Source of the DNA: Deltaproteobacteria bacterium
Lineage (GTDB): Bacteria; Myxococcota; Kuafuiibacteriia; Kuafuiibacteriales; Kuafuiibacteriaceae
Direction: 5' to 3'
NCBI GenBank assembly: GCA_040218735.1
Contig: JAVJQW010000057.1
Span: forward strand, 192,001-256,000
DNA length: 64,000 nt
Shown here: positions 39,171 through 48,242 of the stretch, piece by piece
Position numbering within the stretch: position 1 is the first letter of the stretch
Layout: every line of letters begins with the position of its first letter
The notes under the pieces: generated by a model
Told to the model about the DNA's origin: nothing
Database searches by the model: none
Seen by the model: only the letters and a program-made list of their open reading frames with translations
Position numbers and translations under genes: made by a program

Positions 39171-40172
39171 CTACAGAAACATCATGTCGCCCACGGCGAC
39201 TTCGTCGTCGCCGTGTGCTTCAGGCTGATCGAGGGCCGGCTCACACCGGTCCTCGACGTAGGTTTGATCGAGCTTCGAAATCGCCTCGACGATGGCGGCC
39301 TTGAGCGGCCCATCTTCCGCGCCCTCGACCGCGCGGAGGACATCATCGACGAAGGCGGACACCTGCGTGACGTGCTCACCCGCGAGCTGCAGCGTCTGCT
39401 CTACGCGATCTTGGAACTGCAGCCGCTTCAGGACGTCGTAGCAGTGTCCCTGCACGCGGTCCGTTCGCGTCTGTGCGGAACCGACCGCCGAGGTGATCGC
39501 GCCGCTGGCACGGGTGTAGGAGCGCTCGAGGTCCGAGTTGCCATCGCGCAGCTGTCGCTGGCTCTGGCTGCAGGACTTCGTGACGACGCGGACCGACTTC
39601 ACCATCTCGGGGAGCCGCTCACACAGCGTTGCGACGAGGTTGTCCATCACGGCGGCCGACTCGGTCGAGCGCGCGGCGAGGGCCTTCATCTCCTCGGCCA
39701 ATGCGACGAGCGTCTCGCCGTCGGCGCGGTCGCGCGCCGACTCGACGCGAGCGTTGAACGAAAGGAGCCGCGCGCGCTTGCTCACGTCGCGCATCGTCGC
39801 CGCGAGCGGCGCGAGCTCCTGCGCACGGACGTCGATCTCGTCCGATTGATCGCGAATGTGAACCGACGAAGACGTGATGTCGCCGACGAGCGTCGTGACG
39901 TCTTCGAGCGCGCCACGGAGCGCCGCTACGACATCGCCGAAGCGCTCCTCACCCGCGGGCGCCGAGCCGGTGGTGGTCTCGAACTGTTCCGCGAGTCGCG
40001 CGAGCTCCGCGACCTGTCGCTCACCCTCCTCGAGGATCACGGCGAGGTGCTCCCCCGCCGCGAGGACCTCGCCCCGCGTGAGCTCGACGCAGCTCTCGAG
40101 CATCCCCGACAGCTCCGCGTTCTTCGCGGCCGCGTTGGTGCGGGCGCTGCGTACGCTGGCTCCGCTGTTCAT
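39171..40172 (-). CDS. Cytoplasmic MCP-like protein with degenerate signalling hairpin and CheZ-like C-terminal motif
   Basis: RLLSFNARVESAR...LAEEMKALA (degenerate MCP tip); LQFQDRVEQ (DxxxQ); C-terminal GDMMFL; no TM. Confidence 0.7.
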   Translation of the reverse strand: MNSGASVRSARTNAAAKNAELSGMLESCVELTRGEVLAAGEHLAVILEEGERQVAELARLAEQFETTTGSAPAGEERFGDVVAALRGALEDVTTLVGDITSSSVHIRDQSDEIDVRAQELAPLAATMRDVSKRARLLSFNARVESARDRADGETLVALAEEMKALAARSTESAAVMDNLVATLCERLPEMVKSVRVVTKSCSQSQRQLRDGNSDLERSYTRASGAITSAVGSAQTRTDRVQGHCYDVLKRLQFQDRVEQTLQLAGEHVTQVSAFVDDVLRAVEGAEDGPLKAAIVEAISKLDQTYVEDRCEPALDQPEAHGDDEVAVGDMMFL

Positions 40173-42298
40173 CCCTCCATCTCCATCGACTCACTCGCCG
40201 GGAACGAGATCGCGAACCGCGTGCCGACGCCGACGTCGGACTCGACCACGATCGACGCGCCGAGCTCGTCACAGACACTACGCAACGCGGCCATGCCGAC
40301 GCCGCGCCCCGAGGTCTCGGTGATTGTCGTTCGCGTCGACACCCCGTCGGAGAGCAGCGCGTCGCGCAGGTCCGAAGTCGTGTCCGCGGGGAGCCCGAGC
40401 GCTTGGGCCTTCTCGGCGACCGCGCCCCAGTCGATCCCGCGACCATCGTCCTCGATCTCGACGGTGCACACGCCGCCTTCGAGCCGTGTCGCGAGACGAA
40501 TGCGTCCCTTCGCCGGCTTCCCGGCGGCGACGCGCTCTTCGGGCGCCTCCAAGCCGTGGTCGACGGCGTTGCGAACGACGTGGGAGAACGCCGACCAGAA
40601 CGTCGACCACCGCTCGTGCGGGATGCGGACGTTGTTCGGCTCGATCTGCACGTCGATCGTGCCCTTGTCGAGGCGACGCCCGAGAGCCCGCGTCTGATCC
40701 GCGACCCGCTCCAGACGGACGGACGCACGGTCGTGCTGCCAGCGATCGAGCGAGTCGAGGATGACCTCGTAGCTCGCCCCCTCGCTGATGAGCTCGCGGA
40801 GCCGATCGTAGTCCTCCGGCTCGACCGCGAGCAGCTCGCGCCCCTCCGGAGCGAGGACCTTGAGACGCTGGGTGATGGACTCCCACCCGGCGACGAGGCG
40901 ATCCCGACCGGCCACGTCGAGGACGTCACAGGTCTCGTCGATCACGTCCTCGAGCTCGTGACAGAGCTTCGCGACGGTGTGGATCCCGAACAGCGCGCAG
41001 TTGCCCTTCAGCGTGTGGAGCGCGCGCTTCATGAGCACCATGTCGTCCCCGGAAACCACGGACTCGACGAGCGACGTCGCCTCGTCGAAGAACTCCATGA
41101 AGCCGTCGCGGTCGACCATGAGGCGCTGGAACATCGCGAGGAAGTCGCGCTGCTCCGCCTCGGCGCGCTCGCGTTCGACCTGCGCGGTGATGTCCGAGAC
41201 AATCACGAGCAGCTTCTCGACCTCGTCGTCGGTTCCGATGGGGCGGTACTCGACGGAGAGCGAGCGACCGTTGGCCTCGAGACGCTCCGGCATCTGCGCC
41301 AGGGTCACGTCCGTCGGCATGATCCCGTCGTGGAGCGCTTCCCAGCCGAGCTCGAACCAGTCGGCGAACGTCCCGTCGTGTTCGCGGATCTGCTCGTCGA
41401 AACGAACGCCGGATCGCGGCGCTCCGAACCACGCCGCGTAGCGCGCGGAGCACTCTTCGCTCGGCGTGCCGTCGGCCTCGACCGTCACGATCGCCTGACC
41501 GACGTTGTCCATGACCAGCCGCAGCGCGCGGTTGCGAACCGCCAGCGCCTGCGTGCGCTCTTCGACCATCGACTCGAGGTTCGAACGGTGGGCTTCCAGC
41601 TCCTGGTCCCGTCGTTCGATGCCAGAGAGCATCGCGTTGAACGCCTCGGTGAGGACGCCGAGCTCGTCATCGCTCTTCTTTTCGACGCGGATCGAGTAGT
41701 CAGAGCTGTCGCGAACCCGGGTCGCGCTGCTCGCGAGCGCCTCGACCGGCGTGGAGATGACGCTGTGCAAACGGAGCGCCGCCAGCATCGCGAAGAGCAG
41801 CGCGCCCATGAGCACCGCGATGGCGATACGCAGGAACTGCTGCGTTCGCGCCGCGATGTCCGAGGTGGACAGCTCGACGACCAACGTTCCGACGCGCTCC
41901 CCGTCCTTGGCGATCGGTCGTACGATGGTGAGCGCGTGCGCGGAGTAGTGCGCGCCCTCTCGAGCGTCCGCCGGCGACACGACGTCGGCGTCGTCGCCTT
42001 CCTTGAACCAACCCGCGAGGCGCTCGCCGCCCTCCTGCGAGAAGATCCCAGCCCGAACGGCGGTGGGCTCGCTCCCCAGCGTCTCGAGCACGTACTTGGC
42101 GGACTCGGCATCACCGAACGCGGTCGGCCCGTAGGCGCTCCCCGCGATCGCGTCGGCCAGCACGGTCATCGTGACCTTCTTCGCCTCGGCGTAGCTCTTG
42201 CGGTCGTACCAGACGAACGCCGCGCACGCGGCGATCAGCGCCAGCGTGCACACGCCGGCGACCAGCCCGATCAACTTCCCTTTGATGTTGAGCCTCAT
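40169..42298 (-). CDS. Membrane sensor kinase: TM-CHASE8-like-TM-HAMP-PAS-Hpt-CheA-type HATPase (no CheW domain)
   Basis: Two TMs; DELGVL..AFN.ML (HAMP); RALHTLKG (Hpt); HVVRNAVDHGLE, DDGRGID and SGRGVGM (CheA-class boxes). ATG 42298 overlaps the upstream stop. Confidence 0.85.
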   Translation of the reverse strand: MRLNIKGKLIGLVAGVCTLALIAACAAFVWYDRKSYAEAKKVTMTVLADAIAGSAYGPTAFGDAESAKYVLETLGSEPTAVRAGIFSQEGGERLAGWFKEGDDADVVSPADAREGAHYSAHALTIVRPIAKDGERVGTLVVELSTSDIAARTQQFLRIAIAVLMGALLFAMLAALRLHSVISTPVEALASSATRVRDSSDYSIRVEKKSDDELGVLTEAFNAMLSGIERRDQELEAHRSNLESMVEERTQALAVRNRALRLVMDNVGQAIVTVEADGTPSEECSARYAAWFGAPRSGVRFDEQIREHDGTFADWFELGWEALHDGIMPTDVTLAQMPERLEANGRSLSVEYRPIGTDDEVEKLLVIVSDITAQVERERAEAEQRDFLAMFQRLMVDRDGFMEFFDEATSLVESVVSGDDMVLMKRALHTLKGNCALFGIHTVAKLCHELEDVIDETCDVLDVAGRDRLVAGWESITQRLKVLAPEGRELLAVEPEDYDRLRELISEGASYEVILDSLDRWQHDRASVRLERVADQTRALGRRLDKGTIDVQIEPNNVRIPHERWSTFWSAFSHVVRNAVDHGLEAPEERVAAGKPAKGRIRLATRLEGGVCTVEIEDDGRGIDWGAVAEKAQALGLPADTTSDLRDALLSDGVSTRTTITETSGRGVGMAALRSVCDELGASIVVESDVGVGTRFAISFPASESMEMEG

Positions 42299-42747
42299 GG
42301 CAACTTCACCACCTTCACTCCAGCCAGGTCCTGACCTTCGACCTCGGAGGCGAGCGCGAAGGAGATCGCACCCGGGTTCTTCTTCAAGAGCTCCACGACG
42401 CGCGTGATCGTGTCGGCGCTCTGGGGCTTCACGCCCTGGCCAGCGAGCTGCCGGCTCGTCCAGTACGCCTCGTAGCGCGCGCCGGTCATCTGAACGACGG
42501 GCTCGTAGAATGCGTTGCCCGCGTCCGTCTTCGCACCGCGCACCACGAGCTTCACCGGCACGACGCCGTGCCAGAAGGCGGTGTTGCCGAGGAACATCGA
42601 CACGACTTTCCCGCGCGGGATCTTCTTCGTCGGGTTGCGCTTGTTCAGCAGCAACACGACCTCGTCCGCGTGCGCGGTGTCGGGCGCCGCCGTGGCGGCC
42701 ATCCCGAACAGCAACGAAGCGATGAGGCAGCGACCCAGAGCATTCAT
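42295..42747 (-). CDS. Small periplasmic binding-protein-like (PstS-type fold) protein
   Basis: Signal peptide (AHA); VV..N..NP...I....V..MFLG....W, YW......G....P, V......PGAISF. Confidence 0.7.
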   Translation of the reverse strand: MNALGRCLIASLLFGMAATAAPDTAHADEVVLLLNKRNPTKKIPRGKVVSMFLGNTAFWHGVVPVKLVVRGAKTDAGNAFYEPVVQMTGARYEAYWTSRQLAGQGVKPQSADTITRVVELLKKNPGAISFALASEVEGQDLAGVKVVKLP

Positions 42748-44102
42748 CGCGGGAGCTCCCACAGGTACGAGAGCGACAGACGAATTTCGGGGTAGATGAC
42801 CGACTCACCGTTGAACTGTTGGATGTGCGCGCTGCCGTCGACCTTGAAGGCGACCTGCGGCACGGGCCGTACGACGGCACCCGCGGTGACCTTCCAGAAC
42901 TGGCCGTCGTCGGTGATGCCGGCTTCGGCGTCGCCGCCGAGGTCCTTGGAGGCGACGGTCTCGGGGTTCTTGTAGAAGTCGGCCTGTGCGTAGGGGATCA
43001 GCGCGAAGCCGCTCTCGAACGCCAGCTCGTAGCCCGCGCGGATGTAGAAGGTCTGTACCGCGTAGCTCGCCTCGGCGTTGACCCCCTGCATCGGGTCGCC
43101 GTTGACGAAGAACCGCTCGAGCTGCCGCTGGTTGAGGTCACCGTCGGCGAGCGCGAGCGTCGACTCGGCGTTGCGTCGGGCGTCGTGGTTCGCCTGCCAG
43201 TACGCGGCCTGCACGATGACGCCGGACATCTGAAGCTGCCCGTACCCTCCGAACACGACGTACCGATCGCGGTCCATCCAGTTGACGACGCCGCCGCGGG
43301 GCGAGCCGTCGCCCACGTCGCGCGAAGGGGTCGCGTCGCCGCCGGTCCAGTAGAAGGAGGTCCCCAGCGTGAACATTCCGCCGCCGATCAGGCGAAGGTC
43401 CGCGCCCACCGGGAAGGAGCGGTCGGCGCGCTCGTCGTTGCCGGTCGCGACGGAGTAACGGAGCGCGTACCCGTTCGACATCGCCGCGGTGCCGTGGAGC
43501 ATCAGGTTCGTGGTCCGCGTGAGCATGAGGTGGTCTTTGTCGAACAGCTCGGGAGGCTCGATGCCGATGAACGTCGGCACCGCGTCGAGGATCTCGTTGT
43601 AGAGGCCGAACCGTCGGTAGGTCTTGCCGGCGCGGACGACCAAGAGATTGTCGAGCAGGGGCGCTTCGACCCAGGCGTTGCGAACCGCGATCGCCTCGTC
43701 GCCCGTGACACCACCGGAGCCCGGCGCCGCGAGGTTCACGAAGAAGCGGTACTTGCCGTAGATCGTGCCCTGCACCATCGCGTGCAGGTTGAGGACGTCG
43801 AACTCGTACGGGTTGGACTCGAAGACCGTGTCGCCGTTTCCGTCGACGCCGGCCGGCGTGTCCGCGACCTGCTCGAAGTACGAGTCGATGTAGCCGTAGA
43901 GGCGCGCTTCGAAGATCGGCGTCTCCTCGGCCTCGAAGTCGGAGAGGTCACCCCAGCCGGCGGCCTCCTCCTCCATCGCCTCGGCGGCAGAGGACGTGTC
44001 TGATTGGGCCCAGGCGGACGCGGAGCACGTCAGCCAGGGCGCCAGTAGTGCGGCGGCTGCGAGTCCGATGTGTCGGACGCGACTCGTGACTAGGGGAGAC
44101 AT
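42744..44102 (-). CDS. Outer-membrane porin-like beta-barrel protein
   Basis: Signal peptide (ASAWA); LYGYID, AWVE, RAGK...FGLYNE, V.FKVD, terminal aromatic strand; ATGA overlap with the next gene. Confidence 0.7.
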   Translation of the reverse strand: MSPLVTSRVRHIGLAAAALLAPWLTCSASAWAQSDTSSAAEAMEEEAAGWGDLSDFEAEETPIFEARLYGYIDSYFEQVADTPAGVDGNGDTVFESNPYEFDVLNLHAMVQGTIYGKYRFFVNLAAPGSGGVTGDEAIAVRNAWVEAPLLDNLLVVRAGKTYRRFGLYNEILDAVPTFIGIEPPELFDKDHLMLTRTTNLMLHGTAAMSNGYALRYSVATGNDERADRSFPVGADLRLIGGGMFTLGTSFYWTGGDATPSRDVGDGSPRGGVVNWMDRDRYVVFGGYGQLQMSGVIVQAAYWQANHDARRNAESTLALADGDLNQRQLERFFVNGDPMQGVNAEASYAVQTFYIRAGYELAFESGFALIPYAQADFYKNPETVASKDLGGDAEAGITDDGQFWKVTAGAVVRPVPQVAFKVDGSAHIQQFNGESVIYPEIRLSLSYLWELPR

Positions 44103-44200
44103 CCAACACCACCCGTTCGGCCAGGGCGGAGCAACCTGTAGTCGTCGGACTACGCGTCGTCCCAATTCGAACGAGACTCATGTCCGGCCGAGGACGACCG

Positions 44201-45097
44201 ATGGAGACTGCGATGCAGAGTACGCGTGGAATCAGCGGCAACATCCTCCTCATCGACGACGCAGGTCGCGACGCGGCGCTCCCACGGGCCCTCGAGCAAG
44301 CGGGCCTCGCGGTCTCGGTCATCGACGCCCCCAGCAAGCTGCTCACGGCCACGGAGCAGGACGCGACGCTCGCCGGGATCGTCCTCCGCGGCTGCCAGCC
44401 CAAAGCGATGGGCGACGCGCTCACCGCGCTCCGGCACCGAAACCCGCACATCCCGGTGTTTGCGAACATCGCCGGCGACCGTCGCTACGGCGTGGATCTG
44501 ATCCGCCCCGGATCACCCGTCACGCAGGTCGTGAACACGATTCGCGAGCGTCTGGACGGGCACCACTACGACGAGCGCGTCGTCGACGCGATCGTCGAGA
44601 TGACCACGCGCACGCTGAAGATGAGCGTCGCGGACCTCGACGTCGAAGCGACCGCGCACTTCGTACGCTACGACGCGCGCATGTTGGGACGCGTCAGCGC
44701 GATGATCGACGTGATGGGCACGGGCCTCGTCGGCAAGGTCATGATCTCCGCCGCGCTCGAGTGGTTCGAGACCCAGTCACGCGCGATGCTCGCCGTCGAC
44801 GAACCGAACGAGTCGATGATCAGCGACGCCGCCGCCGAGATCAGCAACCTCCTCGCGGCCGACGTGCGAACGCACTACCTCGCGCGCGGCCTCGACTCCG
44901 TCATGGGCACCCCGACGGTGTTCGGCGGCAGCGACGTGTTCGTGCGCATCTACAGCCCGCGCCCGAGCCTCGTCGTGCGCTTCGAATCCGCCGCGTTCGA
45001 GACGCCGTTCTTCGTGGAGTGGCTCCTCGAGCGCAAGGGCGAGGACCAAGAAGGTGAGTCCCCCGTGATCGACGCGGGTGAGCTCGAGTTCTTCTAG
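44201..45097 (+). CDS. Degenerate receiver domain fused to CheX-like phosphatase domain
   Basis: N-terminal ILLIDD; C-terminal VSAMI...G...G.V.I, DAAAEISNLLAA (ExxN), MGTPTV..G; ends GELEFF. Start uncertain (44180/44201/44213). Confidence 0.7.
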   Translation: METAMQSTRGISGNILLIDDAGRDAALPRALEQAGLAVSVIDAPSKLLTATEQDATLAGIVLRGCQPKAMGDALTALRHRNPHIPVFANIAGDRRYGVDLIRPGSPVTQVVNTIRERLDGHHYDERVVDAIVEMTTRTLKMSVADLDVEATAHFVRYDARMLGRVSAMIDVMGTGLVGKVMISAALEWFETQSRAMLAVDEPNESMISDAAAEISNLLAADVRTHYLARGLDSVMGTPTVFGGSDVFVRIYSPRPSLVVRFESAAFETPFFVEWLLERKGEDQEGESPVIDAGELEFF

Positions 45098-47547
45098 TCC
45101 GCGCCGGACTCCTCACACCCCGCGGGGTCGAGCTCGAACGTCACGAGGTCCTTGCGTCGCGCCTTCGCGCTCGGCCCCCTCGACACCGCAGGCACTCCCC
45201 ACTCGCCCCCTCGATAACGTCGCACGCGCGCACACGCCGCGCCGTCGACTTCGATCGTCGTCGCCCGATCACTCGCGATCCAGATCCGTGTTTGCTCGCG
45301 GTGCGCGGCCCATCGTGCATCGCCGTCGACACGAACCTCGAACCGCTCCGCCGACGGGACCTCGGCCGGAGGTACCTCCTCCCAGAAGCCGCGCACCCAG
45401 CTCGTCTCGAACGGGTTGTTGCTGCGGATCCACCGGTCGTGGACCGGGTCGTGGATGTACTTCGCGGGATCGTGCGGACCGATGCGCCCGTCGCGCGAGA
45501 ACGCCAACAGCTCCGCCGGCCCCACGAGGATGACGTTGGCGCTCGTGGGCGTCGGGCGCACGCGCGGGCAGTCGGTCGCGGTCGACAGGAGCGCACGTCC
45601 ATCACCGAGCGCGACGTCGTCACGACCGTCTCCGTCGACGTCCGCGATCGACCACGCCACGTCCGGCGGCATCACCGCCCAGATCGCGGGGGAGAAGCGC
45701 TGCCCGTCGGAGGTCGCAACCCACGCGTGCAGACGTTTTGCCTTCGGATCGCGGAGCACGGCGAACAGATCCGTGCGGCCGTCTCCGTCGAAGTCACCCG
45801 TCGCGATCGGGACGTCGGCGGGCGTGAAGTGCGCCCAAACCTCTTCCTCGCCCGCGCCCGTCGCCACGAACGCGAGCGCCGACGCACCCGTGCGATCGAC
45901 GCGGAGGCGATCGGCGGCTCCGTCCCCGTCGAAGTCGAGCGCCCGCGCCGCGTTCGAAGCCGCGCCCACCCCCGCCTCGAATCGCATCACCCGACACCGA
46001 TCTCCGAAGAGGAACGCCAGCGCCGGCGGGAACGCGCGCGCCAAGCGCATCGCGTGCGGCGCCCAGCGAAGGGGCGCACTCGGCGGTGCGAGCGGGTTCG
46101 AGCTGACCCGCGACTGCTCGTCGACGACGTCGATGAACCAGGGCTCCCCCGTCCCCGACGACTCGTAGCTCGTCGCGATCCCGCCCATCGACGCGCGCGG
46201 GTAGTAACTCGAACCGCCGATCGTCGAGACCCGCGGAACGTCGAACGCGTAGTCGAACCACCCGTACAGTCGCGCGCCGTCCTGGTGCCCCGGGTACAAG
46301 CGGTCGAGCAACGCGCGGGTGCCCGGGTGGTAGCGCTCCACGATCGCACCCCACCGCGCCGCGGTCGGCACGTCGCCCACCAACGTCGCCGCTTCGGCCA
46401 TCGACGCCGCGAAGTGGATCGCGCGCGCGTGGGTGTTGAACACCCCGCGCGGCCCCCCCGCCGCCTCCTTCTTGTGCGCGGAGTACGCGACGTACGGGAC
46501 GCCGTCCTCGGTGTGATCCTCGAAGGCTGCGTCGAGGATCCGCCGAGCCCCTTGGAGCGCGTCGTAGATCCGGCGTGCGTCCGAATGCCCGCGCGACAGC
46601 TCCAAGTGCGCCCACGTCGACAACAACGGCAGCAGCGCGCCGACGTGCGCGGCCTGCCAGTCCGCGTGCGGGTAGACCGACCACGCGAACGTCTTGGGCC
46701 AGCCGCCGTCCTTCTCTACGCGCTCGAGGAGGTGCATGCCGGTGCGTATCAGCGCGTCCTCGCCGACCACGTCGCGAACCGGCAGGAGCGCGCCGAGATC
46801 CTCGAAGCGGTTCCAGTTCACGAACGTGTACCCGTCCGTCCCGCGAAACGGCGGCGCGCGCAGACCGAGGCCGACGTAGAACGGGTGCGCATCGAGCGGG
46901 CGCGGGCGGAGGTCGCGCTCGGGCTCCCCGTGGGAGACCGCGACGCCGAAGGCCAGCCGCCGATTCGGCGCGAGCTCCAGCGGTCGAACGGCGAGGCTCC
47001 ACCGGCCGTCCTCGACGGCGGCGTCGAGTTTGTTCCCCCACCGCGCGTCGTGCAGGCCTCCGAGGGAGTCCGTCGGTTCGAGGATCAGCATCGCCGGCGC
47101 CGTCACCCCGACGTCGACCTTGGCGTCCGCGAGCGACCACGCGAGGCGATCGATGCGCGCCGCCTTCGAACGCGCGCGCAAGCTGACTTGCACGTAGAGG
47201 TAGGGCCCCGTGGTGAGTTCGTAGGTGCGTTCGACGACGACGTCCTCGAGGACTACGCGGGTGTCTACGCGCGCGTAGTACGAACGGACGTCGTGGATGC
47301 GTACCGTCGCCTCCGCCGAACGCCGCAACCCGGTGAGGCGCTCGGCGCCCGCGACCTCCTCCCCGTCGACCTCGATGCTCTCGACATGACCGCGCCGACG
47401 ATCGATGCGAACACGCACACGGCTGTTCGCGAGCACGACGTCGTCACCGTCGGAGCCGCAGCTCACCGTCCCGGGCTCGGGGGGTGCGTACGGGCGCAGC
47501 GTCGCGCAGGCGCACGTCCCGGCCAACAGCACGACGGCCCACCGCAT
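45094..47547 (-). CDS. Large lipoprotein with N-terminal beta-sandwich, helical core and FG-GAP/VCBS-like repeats
   Basis: MRWAVVLLAGTCAC lipobox; DFDGDGAAD, GDFDGDGRTDL and ADVDGDGRDDV repeats. Confidence 0.65.
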   Translation of the reverse strand: MRWAVVLLAGTCACATLRPYAPPEPGTVSCGSDGDDVVLANSRVRVRIDRRRGHVESIEVDGEEVAGAERLTGLRRSAEATVRIHDVRSYYARVDTRVVLEDVVVERTYELTTGPYLYVQVSLRARSKAARIDRLAWSLADAKVDVGVTAPAMLILEPTDSLGGLHDARWGNKLDAAVEDGRWSLAVRPLELAPNRRLAFGVAVSHGEPERDLRPRPLDAHPFYVGLGLRAPPFRGTDGYTFVNWNRFEDLGALLPVRDVVGEDALIRTGMHLLERVEKDGGWPKTFAWSVYPHADWQAAHVGALLPLLSTWAHLELSRGHSDARRIYDALQGARRILDAAFEDHTEDGVPYVAYSAHKKEAAGGPRGVFNTHARAIHFAASMAEAATLVGDVPTAARWGAIVERYHPGTRALLDRLYPGHQDGARLYGWFDYAFDVPRVSTIGGSSYYPRASMGGIATSYESSGTGEPWFIDVVDEQSRVSSNPLAPPSAPLRWAPHAMRLARAFPPALAFLFGDRCRVMRFEAGVGAASNAARALDFDGDGAADRLRVDRTGASALAFVATGAGEEEVWAHFTPADVPIATGDFDGDGRTDLFAVLRDPKAKRLHAWVATSDGQRFSPAIWAVMPPDVAWSIADVDGDGRDDVALGDGRALLSTATDCPRVRPTPTSANVILVGPAELLAFSRDGRIGPHDPAKYIHDPVHDRWIRSNNPFETSWVRGFWEEVPPAEVPSAERFEVRVDGDARWAAHREQTRIWIASDRATTIEVDGAACARVRRYRGGEWGVPAVSRGPSAKARRKDLVTFELDPAGCEESGAD

Positions 47548-47573
47548 CGAGGCCCGTTGTGCCAGGTAAGGAG

Positions 47574-48170
47574 CTATCGGGCCAGGGCGCGCCGCACGTC
47601 GTCGTCGAGCACCCGGACCACGTAGCGCCGCGTCTCGCGCGGCATCGCGTACGTGCCGCTGCGTGGGATGCGTCCGGGGCCGGCGTTGTACGCGGCGACG
47701 ACGCGCGCCGCGTCGCCGCCGTAGCGCTTCCACAGCCACGCGAGGTAGCGCACGCCCCCGTCGATGTTCGCGGCGGCGTCGAACGGATCCGCCACGCCCA
47801 TCTGCCGCGCGGTGCCGGGCATCAGCTGCATCACCCCCATGGCGCCCGCGTGACTCACGGCGTGAGAAGCGCCGCGTGACTCGGCGTGAGCGACCGAGCG
47901 CACCAGCGCGACCGGGACGCGGTGACGCCGCGCCGCGCGCGCGAGTTGACGGTCACGCCCCGACCGACACGACCCGAAGAAGTGTCGCGGCACGTGCTCG
48001 ACATAATGTCGAAGCGCCGCGAGTTTGTCCGGCATGAACCGCGGCGAGAGCAGGTGGGGCCCGCCGCCGAGCATGCGGATCGATCCGTTGACCAGGACCA
48101 GGAAGGTCGCGACCAACGTCGCGAGGGTGAGCCAGGGGCGGCGTCGCGCACCGCGGAGGATTCGTCGCAT
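47574..48170 (-). CDS. Membrane-anchored lytic transglycosylase (SLT domain)
   Basis: V..AES, AVS.AGAMGVMQLMP.TA, NI.GG.RYL, AAYNAGPG, ETR.YV.RV. Confidence 0.88.
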   Translation of the reverse strand: MRRILRGARRRPWLTLATLVATFLVLVNGSIRMLGGGPHLLSPRFMPDKLAALRHYVEHVPRHFFGSCRSGRDRQLARAARRHRVPVALVRSVAHAESRGASHAVSHAGAMGVMQLMPGTARQMGVADPFDAAANIDGGVRYLAWLWKRYGGDAARVVAAYNAGPGRIPRSGTYAMPRETRRYVVRVLDDDVRRALAR

Positions 48171-48242
48171 CAAGCGACGTACAAGCGCGCGAACGAGACC
48201 CAACCATTCCCTTATCGCGTACCGCGGAGGCGGTCGCGAGTT

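Noticed and set aside
48212-48238. CGCGATAA upstream of the SLT gene as a third sigma-28-like promoter
   Set aside because: The -10 core is mismatched and there is no GCAA at the 15-nt spacing.
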